A stretch of 64,000 bases of DNA from Octopus sinensis (Eukaryota): NCBI RefSeq assembly GCF_006345805.1, contig NC_043006.1, forward strand, positions 11,284,001 through 11,348,000, written 5' to 3'. Made by a program: the position numbers and the translations under genes. Below, one piece after another: positions 35,438-50,596 of this stretch. How positions within the stretch are numbered: the stretch's first letter is position 1; the number at the start of each line of letters is the position of its first letter. A model generated the notes under the pieces. The model was not told the DNA's origin. It did no database searches and saw only the letters and a program-made list of their open reading frames with translations.

Positions 35438-38400
35438 CTGGAAGAAAGAAGAAAAAGAAAAAAAAAAGAAAGAAAAAGAAAACACAGATTAATTCTCTGG
35501 GGGTTCGTTTCCTGTCTGTGAAATAACACGTTTCAGAATCTATGGATAAGCTTGTGGTAATTCTCTTCTAGCTTTTCTTTTATTTGTTTTCAGTCACTGG
35601 ACTGTGGCCATGCTAGAGCACTGCCTTAAAGAGTTTTAGTCAAACATAATACTTACGTTTTTGGGGGCTTTTTTTTACGTCTGGTACTTATTCTATTGGT
35701 CTTTTTCACCAAACTACTATGTTATAAGGAACATAAACAAACTAACACCAGCTCTCAAGCGTTGGGGTGGGGAACCAACACAGATACACACCACACACAC
35801 ACATACGTATTAGATGCGCTTCTTCCAGTTTCCATCTACCAAATCCACACACAAAGCCTGAGGTTATAGTAGAAGACACTTGTCCAAGAAACCATGCAGT
35901 GGGACTGAACCTGGAACCATAAACAAACCAACAAGAGTTGGGGTGGAGGACAAACAGAAACACACACACACACATATATATATTAGATGGGCTTCTTTCA
36001 GTTTCCAAATCCACACACAAGGCTTTGGTCAGCCTGAGGTTATAGCATTGGGTCAGCCCATAAATAATGTGGTTATTTCAACCGCATGAACTAAAAGTCG
36101 GATAAGAACAGAATAAACTACTTGCATCAACTTACTATAAGAACAGGTAGTAATTTTACCTTGTACTTATTCTTAGTGCTAGTTTCAAAAAGTGCAGTTG
36201 GATTTTAACAATTATTTTTTCAAAGCTATAATGGAAGTGACAAAGGAGCATATTCGCTATATTTTGCTTTATGAGTTCAATAAAGGCAACAACATAAAGG
36301 AAAATGCAATATATGGGGATTGGACAATAAGCTAAGCCAGTGTCAATGGTGGTTCCAGAAATTCCAAGCCGGAAACTACAGCCTAGAAAACGAGCTTTGT
36401 CCTAGAAGATCTGAAGAGCTTGACGAGGACATCCTGCAAACCCTAGTGGAACAAAATCCCATCGTAACTGTCGAGGAACTAGCAGAGAAGCTTAGATTTG
36501 CTCATTCAACCATTCATTGATACCTGTGTGCCATTAGAAAAGTCAACAAATCAGGTCAAAGGGTTACTCACAAACTTTCCGAATCTAATCGCATGCAGAG
36601 AGTGAATGTGTGCTCTTCTTTGCTGTCACCTCTCACGAATGAACCATTTTTGGACCGAATACTGACTCGTGATGAGAAATGGGTTCTCTATAAAAATGTC
36701 AAATGCCAAAGACAATGGGTAGGGAAAGGAGAAACACCAGCAGCCCAGGCTAAAGAAGGTCTTCACCCACATAAGGTGTTGTTATCTGTTTGGTGGGATA
36801 TGAAAGGTTTAGTCCACTTTGAACTTTTAAACCCAAACCAAATGATAACAAAAGAGGTCTACTGTGAGCAGCTTGAGTGGCTTAAGTCAGCACTAGAAGA
36901 AAAATGACCATCTTTGGTTTCAAGACGAAAGGTATCCTTCCATCAGGATAATGCTCGGCCACATACAGCAAGGATTACATTCCAAAGGCTGAAGAAGTTT
37001 GAAAGGGAAATGATGCCCCACCCACCATACTCGCCAGACATTGCCCCATCTGATTATTATTTATTCTGCAAAAGCATTTGGATGAAAAAAAATACAAGGC
37101 CAGAACAGTACGGGAGGAGTATTTTTCGTTATGAACAAGTGAATTTTGGAAGAGGGGCTTTGTAATTCTACCAGGAAGAGCATTTTAGAAAATGAAGGAG
37201 AGTATATTTTAGATTAAAAAAAGGACTTTATCTTAATTTTGAAAAGGCACGTAAAAACCACCAACCGATCGTGGCCGTTGCCAGCCTACCCTGGCACGTA
37301 AAAAACACCGTCTGTATGTGGTCGATGCCAGCACCACCTTGACTGGCTTCCGTGCCAGTGGCACGTAAAAAGCACCAACTGATCGTGGCCGTTGCCAGCC
37401 TTGCCTGGCACATAAAAAGCACCCCCTACACTCATGGAGTGGTTGGCATTGGGAAGGACATCCAGCTGTAGAAACACTGCCAGATCAGACTGGAGCCTGG
37501 TGCAGCCTCCTGGCTTCCCAGACCCCGGTCGAACCATCCAACCCATGCTAGCATGGAAAACGGATGTTAAACGATGATGATGATGATGAAAAGAAGTATT
37601 ATTTATGGGATGACCCAATAGAAGACGCTTGTCCAAGATACCATGCAGTGGGACCACAAACAAACCAACACCAGTGGTGGGGGTGGGGGACAAACACAGA
37701 CACCACATACACATGATAGACTTCCACACAGTTTTCATCTACAAAATTCACCCACAAAGTATTGGTCATCCTGGGACTATAGTAGAAGATACGTGCCCAA
37801 GGTGCCACACACTGAAACTGAACCCAGAACCATAAGGTTGAGAAGCAAACTTCTTACCATATGGCCACACCTATGCCTATGTAAAAATTCAGAAATAGTT
37901 GTTTTTTTTTCCATGGAAACTACATAAAAAAGAAAATCAGATGTATCTGTCCAACCCATGGAAAACGGACGTTAAACGATGATGATGATGATGATGAATG
38001 GTACCAAATAAAAAAATAAATTAGAATTCATCTTCCTTCATTCTCAGGCCACAAACGTCCCCTGGTGATTTCCTTGGCAAATACTGTGGGAAACCGAAGT
38101 TTTTGTGGGAAATACAAATACAGTTTCTGATCAACTTTCTTTGGGTCCCTTTTTATAAGACATCACCTTTTCAGCTAAATAGATACAAACAAGTTTGCCA
38201 CCCCTACTTGGGTACTCAGGACACAAAAGAACCACAACAAATACCCCAATATTTTAACACTTTCTGCCAACCTACCATCCCAGATTGGTATCTGGTATTT
38301 TATTCCAATGACTTCAGAAGGATCGATGGTAAAACTGACTAGCAGATTTTTTTTTTTGGTCTTTTGTACTTCATCAAGATGGAAAGAGCAGCACCCATGA

Positions 38401-41400
38401 CTATCTATTTGTTTTGTTTGTTTGTTTCTGAGGCGGGGGGGGGGGGGGAGGATAAAGATACTAGAGCTTGGCCTAAATTGCTGCAACAGTAAATCTTGCT
38501 AAAGACACACTAGAGCTTCTCAGGCATCTTTGACTGGACAATGGAAGAGGTCTGCCAAGAATTTAGCATACCATTCGAGCGTGATCATTACCTGCGTTGC
38601 CTTACTGGCACTTGTGCTGGTGGCACGTGAAAAAACATTCAAGCAAGGTCGTTGCCAGTTCCGCTGGACTGGCTCCTGTGCAGGTGGCACATAAAAAGCA
38701 CCATTTTCGAGCGTGGTCGTTGCCAGTACTGCCTGACTGGCCCTTGTACCGGTGGCACGTAAAAGCACCCACTACACTCTTGGAGTGGTTGGTGTTAGGA
38801 AGGGTATCCAGCTGTAGAAACACTGCCAGATCAGACTGGAGCCTGGTGCAGCCTCCTGGCTTCCCAGACTCCGGTCGAACCGTCCAACCCATGCTAGCAT
38901 GGAAAGCGGATGTTAAATGATGATGATGATGAAGGAGCTAGAACAACTACCTCAAGGCATCATGTGTGATGCTCCAACAAATTCCACCCACCTGCTCCTT
39001 CCACAGCCACCTGAACTGGTTCTTTGTCTTATTTACCCAGAAAAAAAGAAATTTGGTTAATAACTTCAAAATGATTTGAACCCATCAGAACAAATAACCA
39101 CAAGGGACTTTGTTTCATGCTTCAATAACTTTCCTAATTCACTTGACTATTTTATTGACCCACAAGAATACAAAATAAGTCAACCATGGCGAGATTTGTG
39201 CTCAAGACAGAGTAATACAACTAAATAAACAGCACAAAGTATTTTGTTTGATGCTCAACTGATTTTGTTATCCACCAGCCAACAATTAGTAATGACTGGG
39301 TTGTAACATTGGCACATGGCTACAAATTTCAGGGGACGTTACACTCAGTTCAGGTAACCCTAATGAGTGACTGGTCCTTATTTCATCCATCCCAGAAAGG
39401 CAAAAGTTAAACTCATCCCTGGTAGGATTTGAACTACTGAACATGAAGAGACATAAGTAAATACCACGAAGGAGATTTTTTTTTAAAATATTATACTGAT
39501 TCGGATCTTTTCGGTTTTAACGGCAGTTTTTCTAGTGATGTCATATGAAATTGTCACCCATAATTATGACCCAAATATTGATCTATTGCATTTCAATCTG
39601 TTTTAGGGTTAGGTTTAGGGTTAAGGTTAGGGGGAAGGGTATCTTTTTTCTTCAGAAATGTAAATAAACCCAATCTGTTTCTTAAACGAGGGACATATTC
39701 ATACGACACAGAATGTTTTCACCTCAATAGACGGTCATTGATTGGTTGAAATTGCAGAAATTGAAGAAAAAAAAACAACAAATATCTTACAAACTATAGA
39801 ATTTTTTCAAGAAAGCCAAGAGAAAAAGATGTTTTATAAACACATTCTACCAGTATAGGAAGTTTAAAATTTTTTAGTTACTCTTTACTCTTTTACTTTT
39901 TTACTTGTTTCAGTCATTTGACTGCGGCGATGCTGGAGCACCGCCTTTAGTCGACCAAATCGACCCCGGGACTTATTCTTTGTAAGCCCAGTACTTATTC
40001 TATCGGTCTCTTTTGCCGAACCGCTAAGTGACGGGTGCGTAAGCATACCAGCATCGGTTGTCAAGCAATGCTAGGGAGACAAACACAGACACACATATAT
40101 ATACATATATACGACAGGTTTCTTTCAGTTTCCGTCTACCAAATCCACTCACAAGGCTTTGGTCGGCCGGGGCTATAGCAGAAGACACTTGCCCAAGATG
40201 CCACGCAGTGGGACTGAACCCGGAACCATGTGGATGGTTAGCAAGCTACTTACCACACAGCCACTCCTGCACCTAGAATTTATGTTAAAAATTACCGTTC
40301 AAACCGAAAAGATCCACTGATTCCACCAATAATCAGCAATAAAGAAAAATTATTAACAAAAAAAGAAAAAAATGTTTTTCTTCCATCCTTACCAGATTTT
40401 TCCTTGGAAGAGAGAAACATAGCGATTGTTTGGAACCGTGCCACTTTTGTTAGGTTTATCAAATATTCAAGACCAACTTCAGCAGAATCTGTAAAAAAGG
40501 ACAAAGAATATTTTGTTGTGTCTGGGGAAAGTTATATTGCCATAAATACATTTCAACAAATTCACTAATTTCCACTTTTTTTTTTGGGGGGGGGGGTTTT
40601 TTTTTGTGTCTTGCAGACCAGATACAAAAACAAAGAATATTCTCTTATGAAAAAAAAAACAAAAAACAGAAAACCAATAATATCCTACAGCAATTTGTGG
40701 CATCAAACCTACTAGAAATAGGACCCAGATTCCTTCAAATCACACTCTGTACCTTAACTCTTAAATGATTAGATTCCACACATAATCATCATCATTTGAC
40801 CCCTTAGTGTTTAAACTGACCATGTCCATCCCAAATATTCTACCTGTTTTATGTTCAAACTGGTCAGATCCAGCCTCTCACACCTAACCTACATTGACAT
40901 TCTAAAAATAAACACATCATTGAAACCTCAAAGCTATAAGATAATGCATGATTAATTCAAAACAATTTAAGTGAAAAAGCATTGCATTTAACAGAGTAAT
41001 CTGAACACTTAAGGGTTAATGTCTGCTTTTCCATGCTTACAGAATTTATTGAGGCAGGTTTTCTACAGCTGATCTGACTGGTTTTAGAGTCAGATCATGG
41101 CTGCTATTTTCAGCATGATGGTATCTCATAGATACCCTAATTTATAATATATATATACATTCAAAATGTGAGCGCGCGTGTGTACCGTTGGCGATTCTTT
41201 TTCCTCTGTCTTCCCTTCTCTGGATCTTTCCTTCTCCTATGTTTCCAACGAAGAGCTCCGCTCGAAACATTAAACCTTCCTTCTTTCCTGAGCGTCCAAT
41301 AATACTATATTTGTTCCACGTCCTTGCATTGTTGTGTTTTTTTGTGCTTTCATGTTTGGATTAACTTTATATATATATATATATACATTCATATAGAATT

Positions 41401-43059
41401 GAGAACACTTACCTTTATCAGCATAATGTTCAGACACACACTGGATTATCAAGTTTAACATGGAAGCATCTAATTTGTTGCTAATTACTGAAAAAGAGAA
41501 CCAAATATAGCATTGATTAGTAAAGTGAGTCAACAACGATTTCAGTAACAAGCTTAGAATGAAGGCAGGTGTCCGTCAAGGCTCAGTCCTTGGTCCTCTC
41601 CTATTCATTACAGTCCTATAGGCCATCACAGAGGAGTTTCAGATTGACTGTCCATAGTAATTCTGACATGATCAAGTTCTCATCAGTGAATCTACAGTGG
41701 AATCTGAGAGAAAGTTACAGACATGGATGTTAAACCTAGACTCAAGAGGCCTTGAGGTAATCAATCAAAAATCAATGGAAATTGTAGTTGTGATACCAGT
41801 GCCGATGGCACGTAAAAGGACCATCCGAACGTGGCCATTGCCAGCGCCACCTCAACTGGCCTGCATGCCGGTGGCACGTGAAAAAGCACCAACCAATCTT
41901 GGCCGTTGCCAGCATCACCTGGCACCTGTGCAGGTGGCACATAAAAACCACCCACTACACTCACGGAGTGGTTGGCATTAGGAAGGGCATCCAGCTGTAG
42001 AAACACTGCCAGATCAGACTGGAGCCTGGTGCAGCTTCCTGGCTTCCCAGACCCCAGTCGAACCGTCCAACCCATGCTAGCATGGAAAGCGGACGTTAAA
42101 CGATGATGATGATGATGATAAAGTAAGTAGAAATAAGACAGGACCTTGATATCTTAGAAATGGTTTTGCTCATTGTAGAGAAAAGAAGAAAAATAAACTC
42201 TGTCTGTTCCACCAATTGTTAACTACGGACGCACAAGAGGTGTAGCAGAATCACAGAAAGACTAACAGAGAAAGTATGCTTCATATAAGACATGCTGGAG
42301 AAATACATACTATGAGCACAGCGGAAATAGAGTCTCTTAAACAACTGAATGGCTCATTAGACGTACTTAATTGCTTTTCTCACCTAGGAGATGTAATTAG
42401 CAGGGGAGGCGGTTGCTCTGAAAGTATAATAGCCAGGGTAAGAACGGTTTGGAAAAGTTCAGGGAGCTTCTACAGTTACTGGCAACAAATGCCTTTCACC
42501 TCAGGGAAGGGCAGACTGTATAAAGGATTAAATTAGAGCTGTAATGCTGCAAAGCGATGGATGGGCTCAGCCAAACTCACTTGTCTTGGAGACACTACAG
42601 AACAATGAAGTCTCCAGTGGAACAGCAACAACTCAACTGGATATGGCATCTACCAGCACCATTTATAAAAAAAATAATCTTATGGAATTAAGATATGCAT
42701 ACTATATATATATGTATATATATATATAAAAGGAGCACTCTGTCGGTTACGATGACGAGGGTCCCAGCTGATACAATCAACAGAACAGCTTTGCTCTTGA
42801 AATTAACGGGCAAGTGGCTGAGCACTCCACAGACACATATACCCCTAACGTAGTTCTCAGGGAGATTCAGCATGACACACATTGTGACAAGGCCAGCCCT
42901 TTGAGATACAGGCACAACTCATTTTTGCCAGCTGAGTGGACTGGAGCAATGTGGAAATAAAGTGTCTTGCTCAAGGGCACAACGTGTTGCCGGGAATCGA
43001 ACTCACAACCTTACGATTGTGAACCAAATGCCCTAACCACTAAGCCACGGGCCTTTACT

Positions 43060-43107
<48 letters not shown>

Positions 43108-46100
43108 CATACATACACACACACACACACATATATACACACATTTATATATACATATACACACACACATATATATACACACATATACATGTACACAAAT
43201 ATATACATATATACATATATATATACATATATATATATATAATATATATATACACACACATATACATACGTGTGTGTGTGTGTTTATACCACAACATAAT
43301 GAAAACGAGAGAGAGAGAAAGAGCTCATTAATCATTTATATTAATGAAAGTTTAATAATTTGTACTGAAAAAAATCATTTTTTAATTTATTGAAACAGAA
43401 ATACTATTAGTAAACATAACACTTAATGAACCCACTAAATGTATAGGGTTTAAGTTAAACCATCTCCAAATTTATGCCTCACAGACCCAATTCTAAAAGG
43501 GAATAAAAAAAAAAAATTTAATAATGCCAGCCAACTTACCCATTGGTAAATCTTTGGGAGTTATCTGTGCCAGAAGATCTGCATAGGGTTTTGTATTATT
43601 TAGTGTTTTTAAGGAATTCCAAGCTTTCAGGAACTCATAGGGAGTAGCTTTATCTATATGTGGGGCAGACACTGGAGTGGGACCAGCAACTTCAGAGTTC
43701 GATCTGTTTTTTTTACTGGAACTGTTGCTGCCAGCTGACTGTGAACCTTCTGGAACTTTACCTGAGCAGCAAAAAGAAACAAGCAATTAAAATTTTAAAA
43801 AAGAAAAAATGGTAATTAAAATATAAAAACAAAAATGAAAATAAACAGTGTAGCAGAAGTTGTAAATATCAGAACCAAATACTTAGGTATTTAGTTAAGA
43901 ACTTATATGTTCTGAGTTGAAATCTTACATTACTTAACAAAGGGGTCAATAAAATAATAATAACTAGCACTATGACCCGGCAACACCGTGTCATAGTGCT
44001 AGTGCATGCATATACAGCTGTGTGCGTGCGCACATACACGCGAGTACTGTCCAAATCTCCGACCAATCACATACAGCTAGCTGGCATTCAATTGGCGTAT
44101 CAAGTTTCGGGCATTTTGATTGAGTTTTGGATAGAAAATTCCCCAAAAGTCACTTCTATTGATTTTTTAATGGCTTTGCGGGGTGACTGGGGAAATGTAA
44201 AGATGTGCACGACCACCCTTGGACGGTTTTGAATGACCATAGAAAGTGCAAGCCCTCTAACTGAAAAATTGTGGATTTGTATAAAGGACACGCACACACA
44301 CACAGAAAGACATTTTGCCGTTTATATAGAGAGAGATAATGAAATTATTGTATACAGTGCTCAGGTGCACCACAACTTGTCAAAAGTGCATATAAAGCAT
44401 ATGCAGTAATGTACAAATGTCTGGGAAGTGAACAGTGTATGAGTCAGATACATGCTTGCGTGTGTATGGAGGGGAGAAAATCAGGTGTAGTGTTGGCGAA
44501 TCTCAGGAAGCATGGAAGTTTTGAAGGATGCAGTGCTCTGACAACTAACAACTGATGCCGGCAGTTTGTTCCATGCTTCAGCAACTCTTAGCGTGAAAAA
44601 AATGCTTCCGAAAGTCATGGGAGCTGTGCTGTTTTCTGACTTTGTAAACATGTTCACGGGTGTTAGACAGGTGGAGTTCGAAAAGGTGCTCAGAGTTATT
44701 GTTTGTAAGATGGTTAATAATATAAGGATAAAGTCTAATTAGGTGAAGTTATGTGGCTACCCACAAAACACTAAAGTTTGGTCTATTAATTAACAATATT
44801 TCATTATATTTTATTGCTCTAACAGACAGGAAACACTAAAGTCTGATTTATTAAGTAACAACACCTTACTGTATTTCATTATTACAACCAACAAAAAACA
44901 CCAGCAATGTAGATCCTGGTGAGATTCTCGATCCTACCAATGCCACAATCAAATATTTTTATTGAATTACCCTCAGACTTTTTGGAGTTTTTGTGATGTT
45001 TGCCATGTAACTTTGAGGAAGACTTCAGTGAGCTATCATCTTCGACATCATGAACATGGAGTCTAGTTCTTTGTTTAGAATTCTTCTTGTTATTGCTGCC
45101 AGGACTGGTTGATGGCCGGGATTCTTGGCTACATTTGTTGCAGTTTTTGGTGGTTTTGTTATCATCCATATTGGCTTTCATGGCATTTAACTCCTGGAAG
45201 AAACAACAACAAGACACATGTGACAACGGGGTGAACAGTGAAGGTGTGGAACAATGTTAGTAAACAGTAAAAAACATGTGGCAATATGGTGAACAATTAG
45301 CTCATGTGTTGTTTGTTCTTTCTCGAGCCATGCCTGGCTCATAAGGGCCGGTTTCCCGGTTTCCTTGGCGTATAGGTTCCCCACCTGGACTGGACGCCGG
45401 TCCGTCGCAGGTGAGCTGCAAGATGCAGAAGGAAAGAGTGAGAGAAAGTTGTGGCGAAAGAGTCAGCAGAAGTTTGCCATTACCTTCTGCCAGAGCCACA
45501 TGGAGCTTAGGTGTTTTGCTCATAAACACACACATCGCCCGGTCTGAGATTCGAACCTGCGATCCCTCAACCACGAGTCCGCTGCTCTAACCACTAGGCC
45601 ATGTGCCTCCACTAGTTCATGTGTGACAATACAGTAAAGAGTTAGTTCATGTACGACATTATGGTAAACAGTTCATGAATAACAATGTGATGAATAATAA
45701 GATATGTGACAGAAATGTGAAAAAAAGTAAAAAGAAGAATTTTCTAAAAAAGCTTTCCACCTGTTCTTGTCTTGTTCTTAATTGCTTTTAACCTCTCTTA
45801 ACTTCTCTTAATTTATTCAGTACAAGTCTTCCATCCTCCTCTTTTACCTTCCTAACCTCACCTGTTAATGGGATTACCTTGTTATCTTACTAGATGTGAC
45901 ACTGTTGTAAACATGCGATGATGATGATGATCATCATCATCATCGTTTAATGTCCGTTTTCCGTGCTAGCATGGGTTGGACGGTTCGACCAGGGTCTGGG
46001 AAGCCAGGAGGCTGCACCAGGCTCTAGTGTGATTTGGCAGTGTTTCTACAGCTGGATTGCCCTTCCTAACGCCAACCACTCCGTGAGTGTAGTGGGTGCT

Positions 46101-48908
46101 TTTTACGTGCCAGGGAAGGCTTGCAGCGGCCACGATTGGTTGGTGCTTTTTACATGCCACTGGCACAGAAGCCAGTCAAGGCAGTGCTAGCATCGGCCAC
46201 GTTCAGATGGTGCTTTTTACGTGCCGCCGGCACTGGTATCACAACTACAATTTCCATTTGATATTTATTTTGATGTTGATGTACTTGACCAAATAGGTCT
46301 CCTCAATCACAGCAGGTCACCCTACGATCGAAGGTAAGCACAGCAGGTCGTTCTGCAATCCAATGTACTATGGATATATACATGTCAAAAGTAGTGTGAC
46401 CAATGAAGACAACTTGTTATTTCAATGAACATCTTTAAACCCAGTCGCTTTTGGTTTTTTAACCACCATCTCCAACAGCAAGTTTGATACACTAAGTATT
46501 GGGAGAGGGGTCGATAAAAAAAATTTTTTAAAACCAACACCAAGAAAGACAGTGCTCCAAAATTATTGATACTAGTAAACAGTGAGGAAAAGACGATGTA
46601 AGGAACAAATAAGAACTGACAACATTGGTATAAATAAAAAAATAAGCAAAAACAAAACAACTGTACCTGTCTCCAAAGGTTCTTTCCGATTTCTAATTCC
46701 TTTTTAGCTGTGCTGTTCTCTGGATCCAGGTTAAGAAGATTCTTCAAGTCACTGATACTGGCTCGGTAATTCTTTAATAGCTGCAAAATGAAATTTCAGA
46801 GAAAACCATTCTTTTACAACAGCATAAAAATCACAAAGGTTTGAAACAGAGGTGTTAGTATTATACCACACACACACACACAAAATAAAAAAAAAGAAGA
46901 TTAATCTAAAGAAAAGAGCACTATCAAATCATCATCATCATTTTAACATTCAATTTATATTTATGGTTAAAATGAAAATCAAGATATAGAAACGATTCAT
47001 CGGATCTTTTCGCTTTGACCGGCAGATTTTTTTAATAATTTCTTTGTAACTAAACAATTTTAAACTTCATATACTGGTAGAATGTGTTCATAAAACGTCT
47101 TTTTCTCTTGGCTTTCTTGAGAAAATTCTGTAGTTTGTAAGATATTTGGTCTTTAATGTCTTGCATTTCGGCAATTTCAACCAATCAATGACGTCTATTG
47201 AGGTGAATACAATTACTGCTGCTGGTTGTCAACAACAATTATTTCTGGTATCATATGAAATTGTTCCTGTTATTTATGACATATTTCATATCAGTTACGT
47301 CCATATGAATAAAATATTATCGTTATTAAACTTTTATTAGTAAACACATATTCTAAGTTCACAACATATGCAGTTTTAATTTCCCTCTCTGTTGCACACA
47401 TTACATATTATATATTCGTTTAAGAAACAGATTGGGTTTATTTACATTTCTAAAGAAAAAAAGATAACCTTAACCCTAACCCTAACACAGATTGAAATGC
47501 AATAGATTGATACTAGGGTCATAATTATGGGTGGACACTAAAGAGGGAACGGTTTTGTTATCCAGCTCTGTTTACGAGTGACCCCTCAGTTTATGGCCAC
47601 AGGGTATCTATTTTCTCATAAATAAGAGGGACAATTTCATATGACACCACAAATAATTGTTGTTGACAACCAGCAGCAGTAATTGTTTTCACCTCAATAG
47701 ACGTCATTGATTGGTTGAAATTGTCGAAATGCAAGAAATTAAACACCAAATATCTTACAAACTACAGAATTTTCTCAAGAAAGCCAAGAGAAAAAGATGT
47801 TTTATAAACACATTCTACCAGTATACAAAGTTTAAAAGTGTTTAGTTACAAAGAAATTATTTTAAAAATCTGCTAGTCAAAGCGAAAAGATCCGGATAAG
47901 CAACACTAGTAGTGGCCCCCCTGGATGAATTCCTTCATTTTATAATGAAACATTAAATTACCTTGTTCGCCTGTGCACGTCGGAACAAAGTTTTGATGTT
48001 GCTGGACTCCAAATGGAGACTTTCATCACAGTCAGCTACAGCTTCCGAAGCCTGTAAAATAAACATATTCAGTTACGGGTCACACATAAACAAGACATTG
48101 TTCCACAACAACAATGAATCTACTTCAGATACAATTTCAAAGAGTTGATCTATCTTCTACGAAAATTTTGTCTTCAGTGCACTTAGTCTGAGAAAAAAAT
48201 AGGGATGGTCATGGTTTGAAAGCCTCTGATCATTATTTTCTTTAACCCTTTTGATACCTATTTCTTTATTACCCACAAGGGGCTAAACACAGAGAGGACA
48301 AACAAGAACACATAAATGGATTAAGTCGATTAGATCAACCCCAGTGCGTAACTGGTACTTATTTAATCGTCCCCGAAAGGATGAAAGGCAAAGTTGATCT
48401 CGGCGGAATTTGAACTCAGAATGTAGCGGCAGACGAAATACTGCCAAGCATTTCGCCCGGCGAGCTAACGATTCCGCCAGCTCGCCGCCTTAGTAGTATT
48501 AGTAGTAGTATTAGTAGTAGTATAGTTTTAAAACTTACCTTATTTAATTTCAAGTAGCAAAGTGCTCTGTTTCTATATGAAATGGCATTGTCAGGGAAAA
48601 GCTGAATACACTGACTGTAACAATCAATGGCTTTTGAGTATTGCTCCTGCAACAATTAAACATCCAGAATTAAGAACACATATTTACATATACAAAGGGG
48701 TGCTGGAAACAGCTTGGCTTTAAGGGTATCACAAAAGGCCTGCTTTGAGGTCCATTCTCCCAAGTTCTTTTACAAGGATTGGAAAAGAACTGAAGGACTG
48801 CTGCTTTAAATGTGCGAATCTGAGAGGGGGAATATGTTGATTAAAATCACAATTAACTGATCCTCCGGTATTTTCTTTTACTCAGAGCCACAAACTTTCC
48901 AGCACCAC

Positions 48909-48960
<52 letters not shown>

Positions 48961-49312
48961 ATACATACATACATATACATACATATATATAATATACATA
49001 CATACATATATATATATATACATACATACAAACATATATATATATATACATACATACATAACATACATACATACATACATATATACATATACATACATAC
49101 ATACATATATACATATATATACATTACATACATACATATACATACATATATATATATATATATACATACATACATACATATATTATACATACATACATAT
49201 ATATATACATACATAATATATATATATACATACATACATATATATATACATACATACATAATATATATATACATAATACATACATATATACATACATACA
49301 TATATATATACA

Positions 49313-49370
<58 letters not shown>

Positions 49371-50553
49371 TAAATTAGAAAAAAACACTTTTTATCAATT
49401 CAAAATGAACAATTAAATTACACCATGTAGAAAATTACATTTAATAGAAATATAAAAAATAAAATAACAATAATATACCGATGATTAAGTAAATTGCAAG
49501 ATAATAATAAAAAACGTATATAATTGGTAAAATAACGACACGTGTTTCGTGGCTATATTTAACAAATAATTATAGTAAAAAAATTAATAGTAGTAGCAAA
49601 ATCACTTCGAAATAAATATAGCCACTCCTCAGGTTAAAAATAAACTACAATAATAAAATAATTAATTAAAAAATATACGTAAATAATATATATATATATA
49701 TATATTTATAAAGTGTAGGTGGCATACGAGTGGGTATCATCATAATCATCGTTTAGCATCCACTTTCCATACTAGCATGGGTTGGACGGTTCAACTGGAG
49801 TCCGGGAAGCCAGAAGGCTGCACCAGGCTCAGTTTCATCTGGCAATGTTTCTACGGCTGGATGCCCTTCCTAACGCCAACCACTCCATGAGTGTAGTGGG
49901 TGCTCTTTACATGCCAGACGAGTCTGGCAAATGGCCACGATCGGATGGTGCTTTTTATGTGCCACCGGCATGGGGGCCAGGCAAGGCTGGCAATGGCCAC
50001 GAACGGATGGTGCTTTTTATGTGCCACCAGCACGGGGGCTAGGCGAGGCTGGCATAAAAAAGAAGCTTGAAAATGCCACTATATAAGATAAATTTTAATT
50101 TTCTGAGAGATTTTACACGTTTCGGTTCTTCTTGAAAAAACAAGCCAACGATTCTAGTCAACGCACAAGACAGCCATTATGCTCCCACACACAACACCAC
50201 CTCGTGGACTCTGTTGAGACTAGTAAGAAACAATTATGAACTTTTTTATAATACTTAACTTTTAAATATATATATATATATGTGGAGGTGCAATGGCCCA
50301 CTGGTTAGGGCAGCAGACTCGCGGTCTTAGGATCGTGGTTTCGATTCCCAGACCGAGCGTTGTGAGTGTTTATTGAGCGAAAATACCTAAAAGCTTCACG
50401 AGGCTCCGGCAGGGGGTGGCGGCAATCCCTGCTGTATTCTTTCACCACAACTTTCTCGTTGGACTGGTCGCTTAGCCAATGGGGTGGCGTCATTTGAAGC
50501 GCATTGTGACCAGCGATGTGTAGCAACATCTGATAGACTGGGCGGTCACGATG

Positions 50554-50596
<43 letters not shown>

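Noticed and set aside
39601-39635. TTAGGG-like repeats as an interstitial telomere (also 47468-47486)
   Set aside because: Only 3-4 imperfect units, and they are an internal part of the CGGATC-ended element
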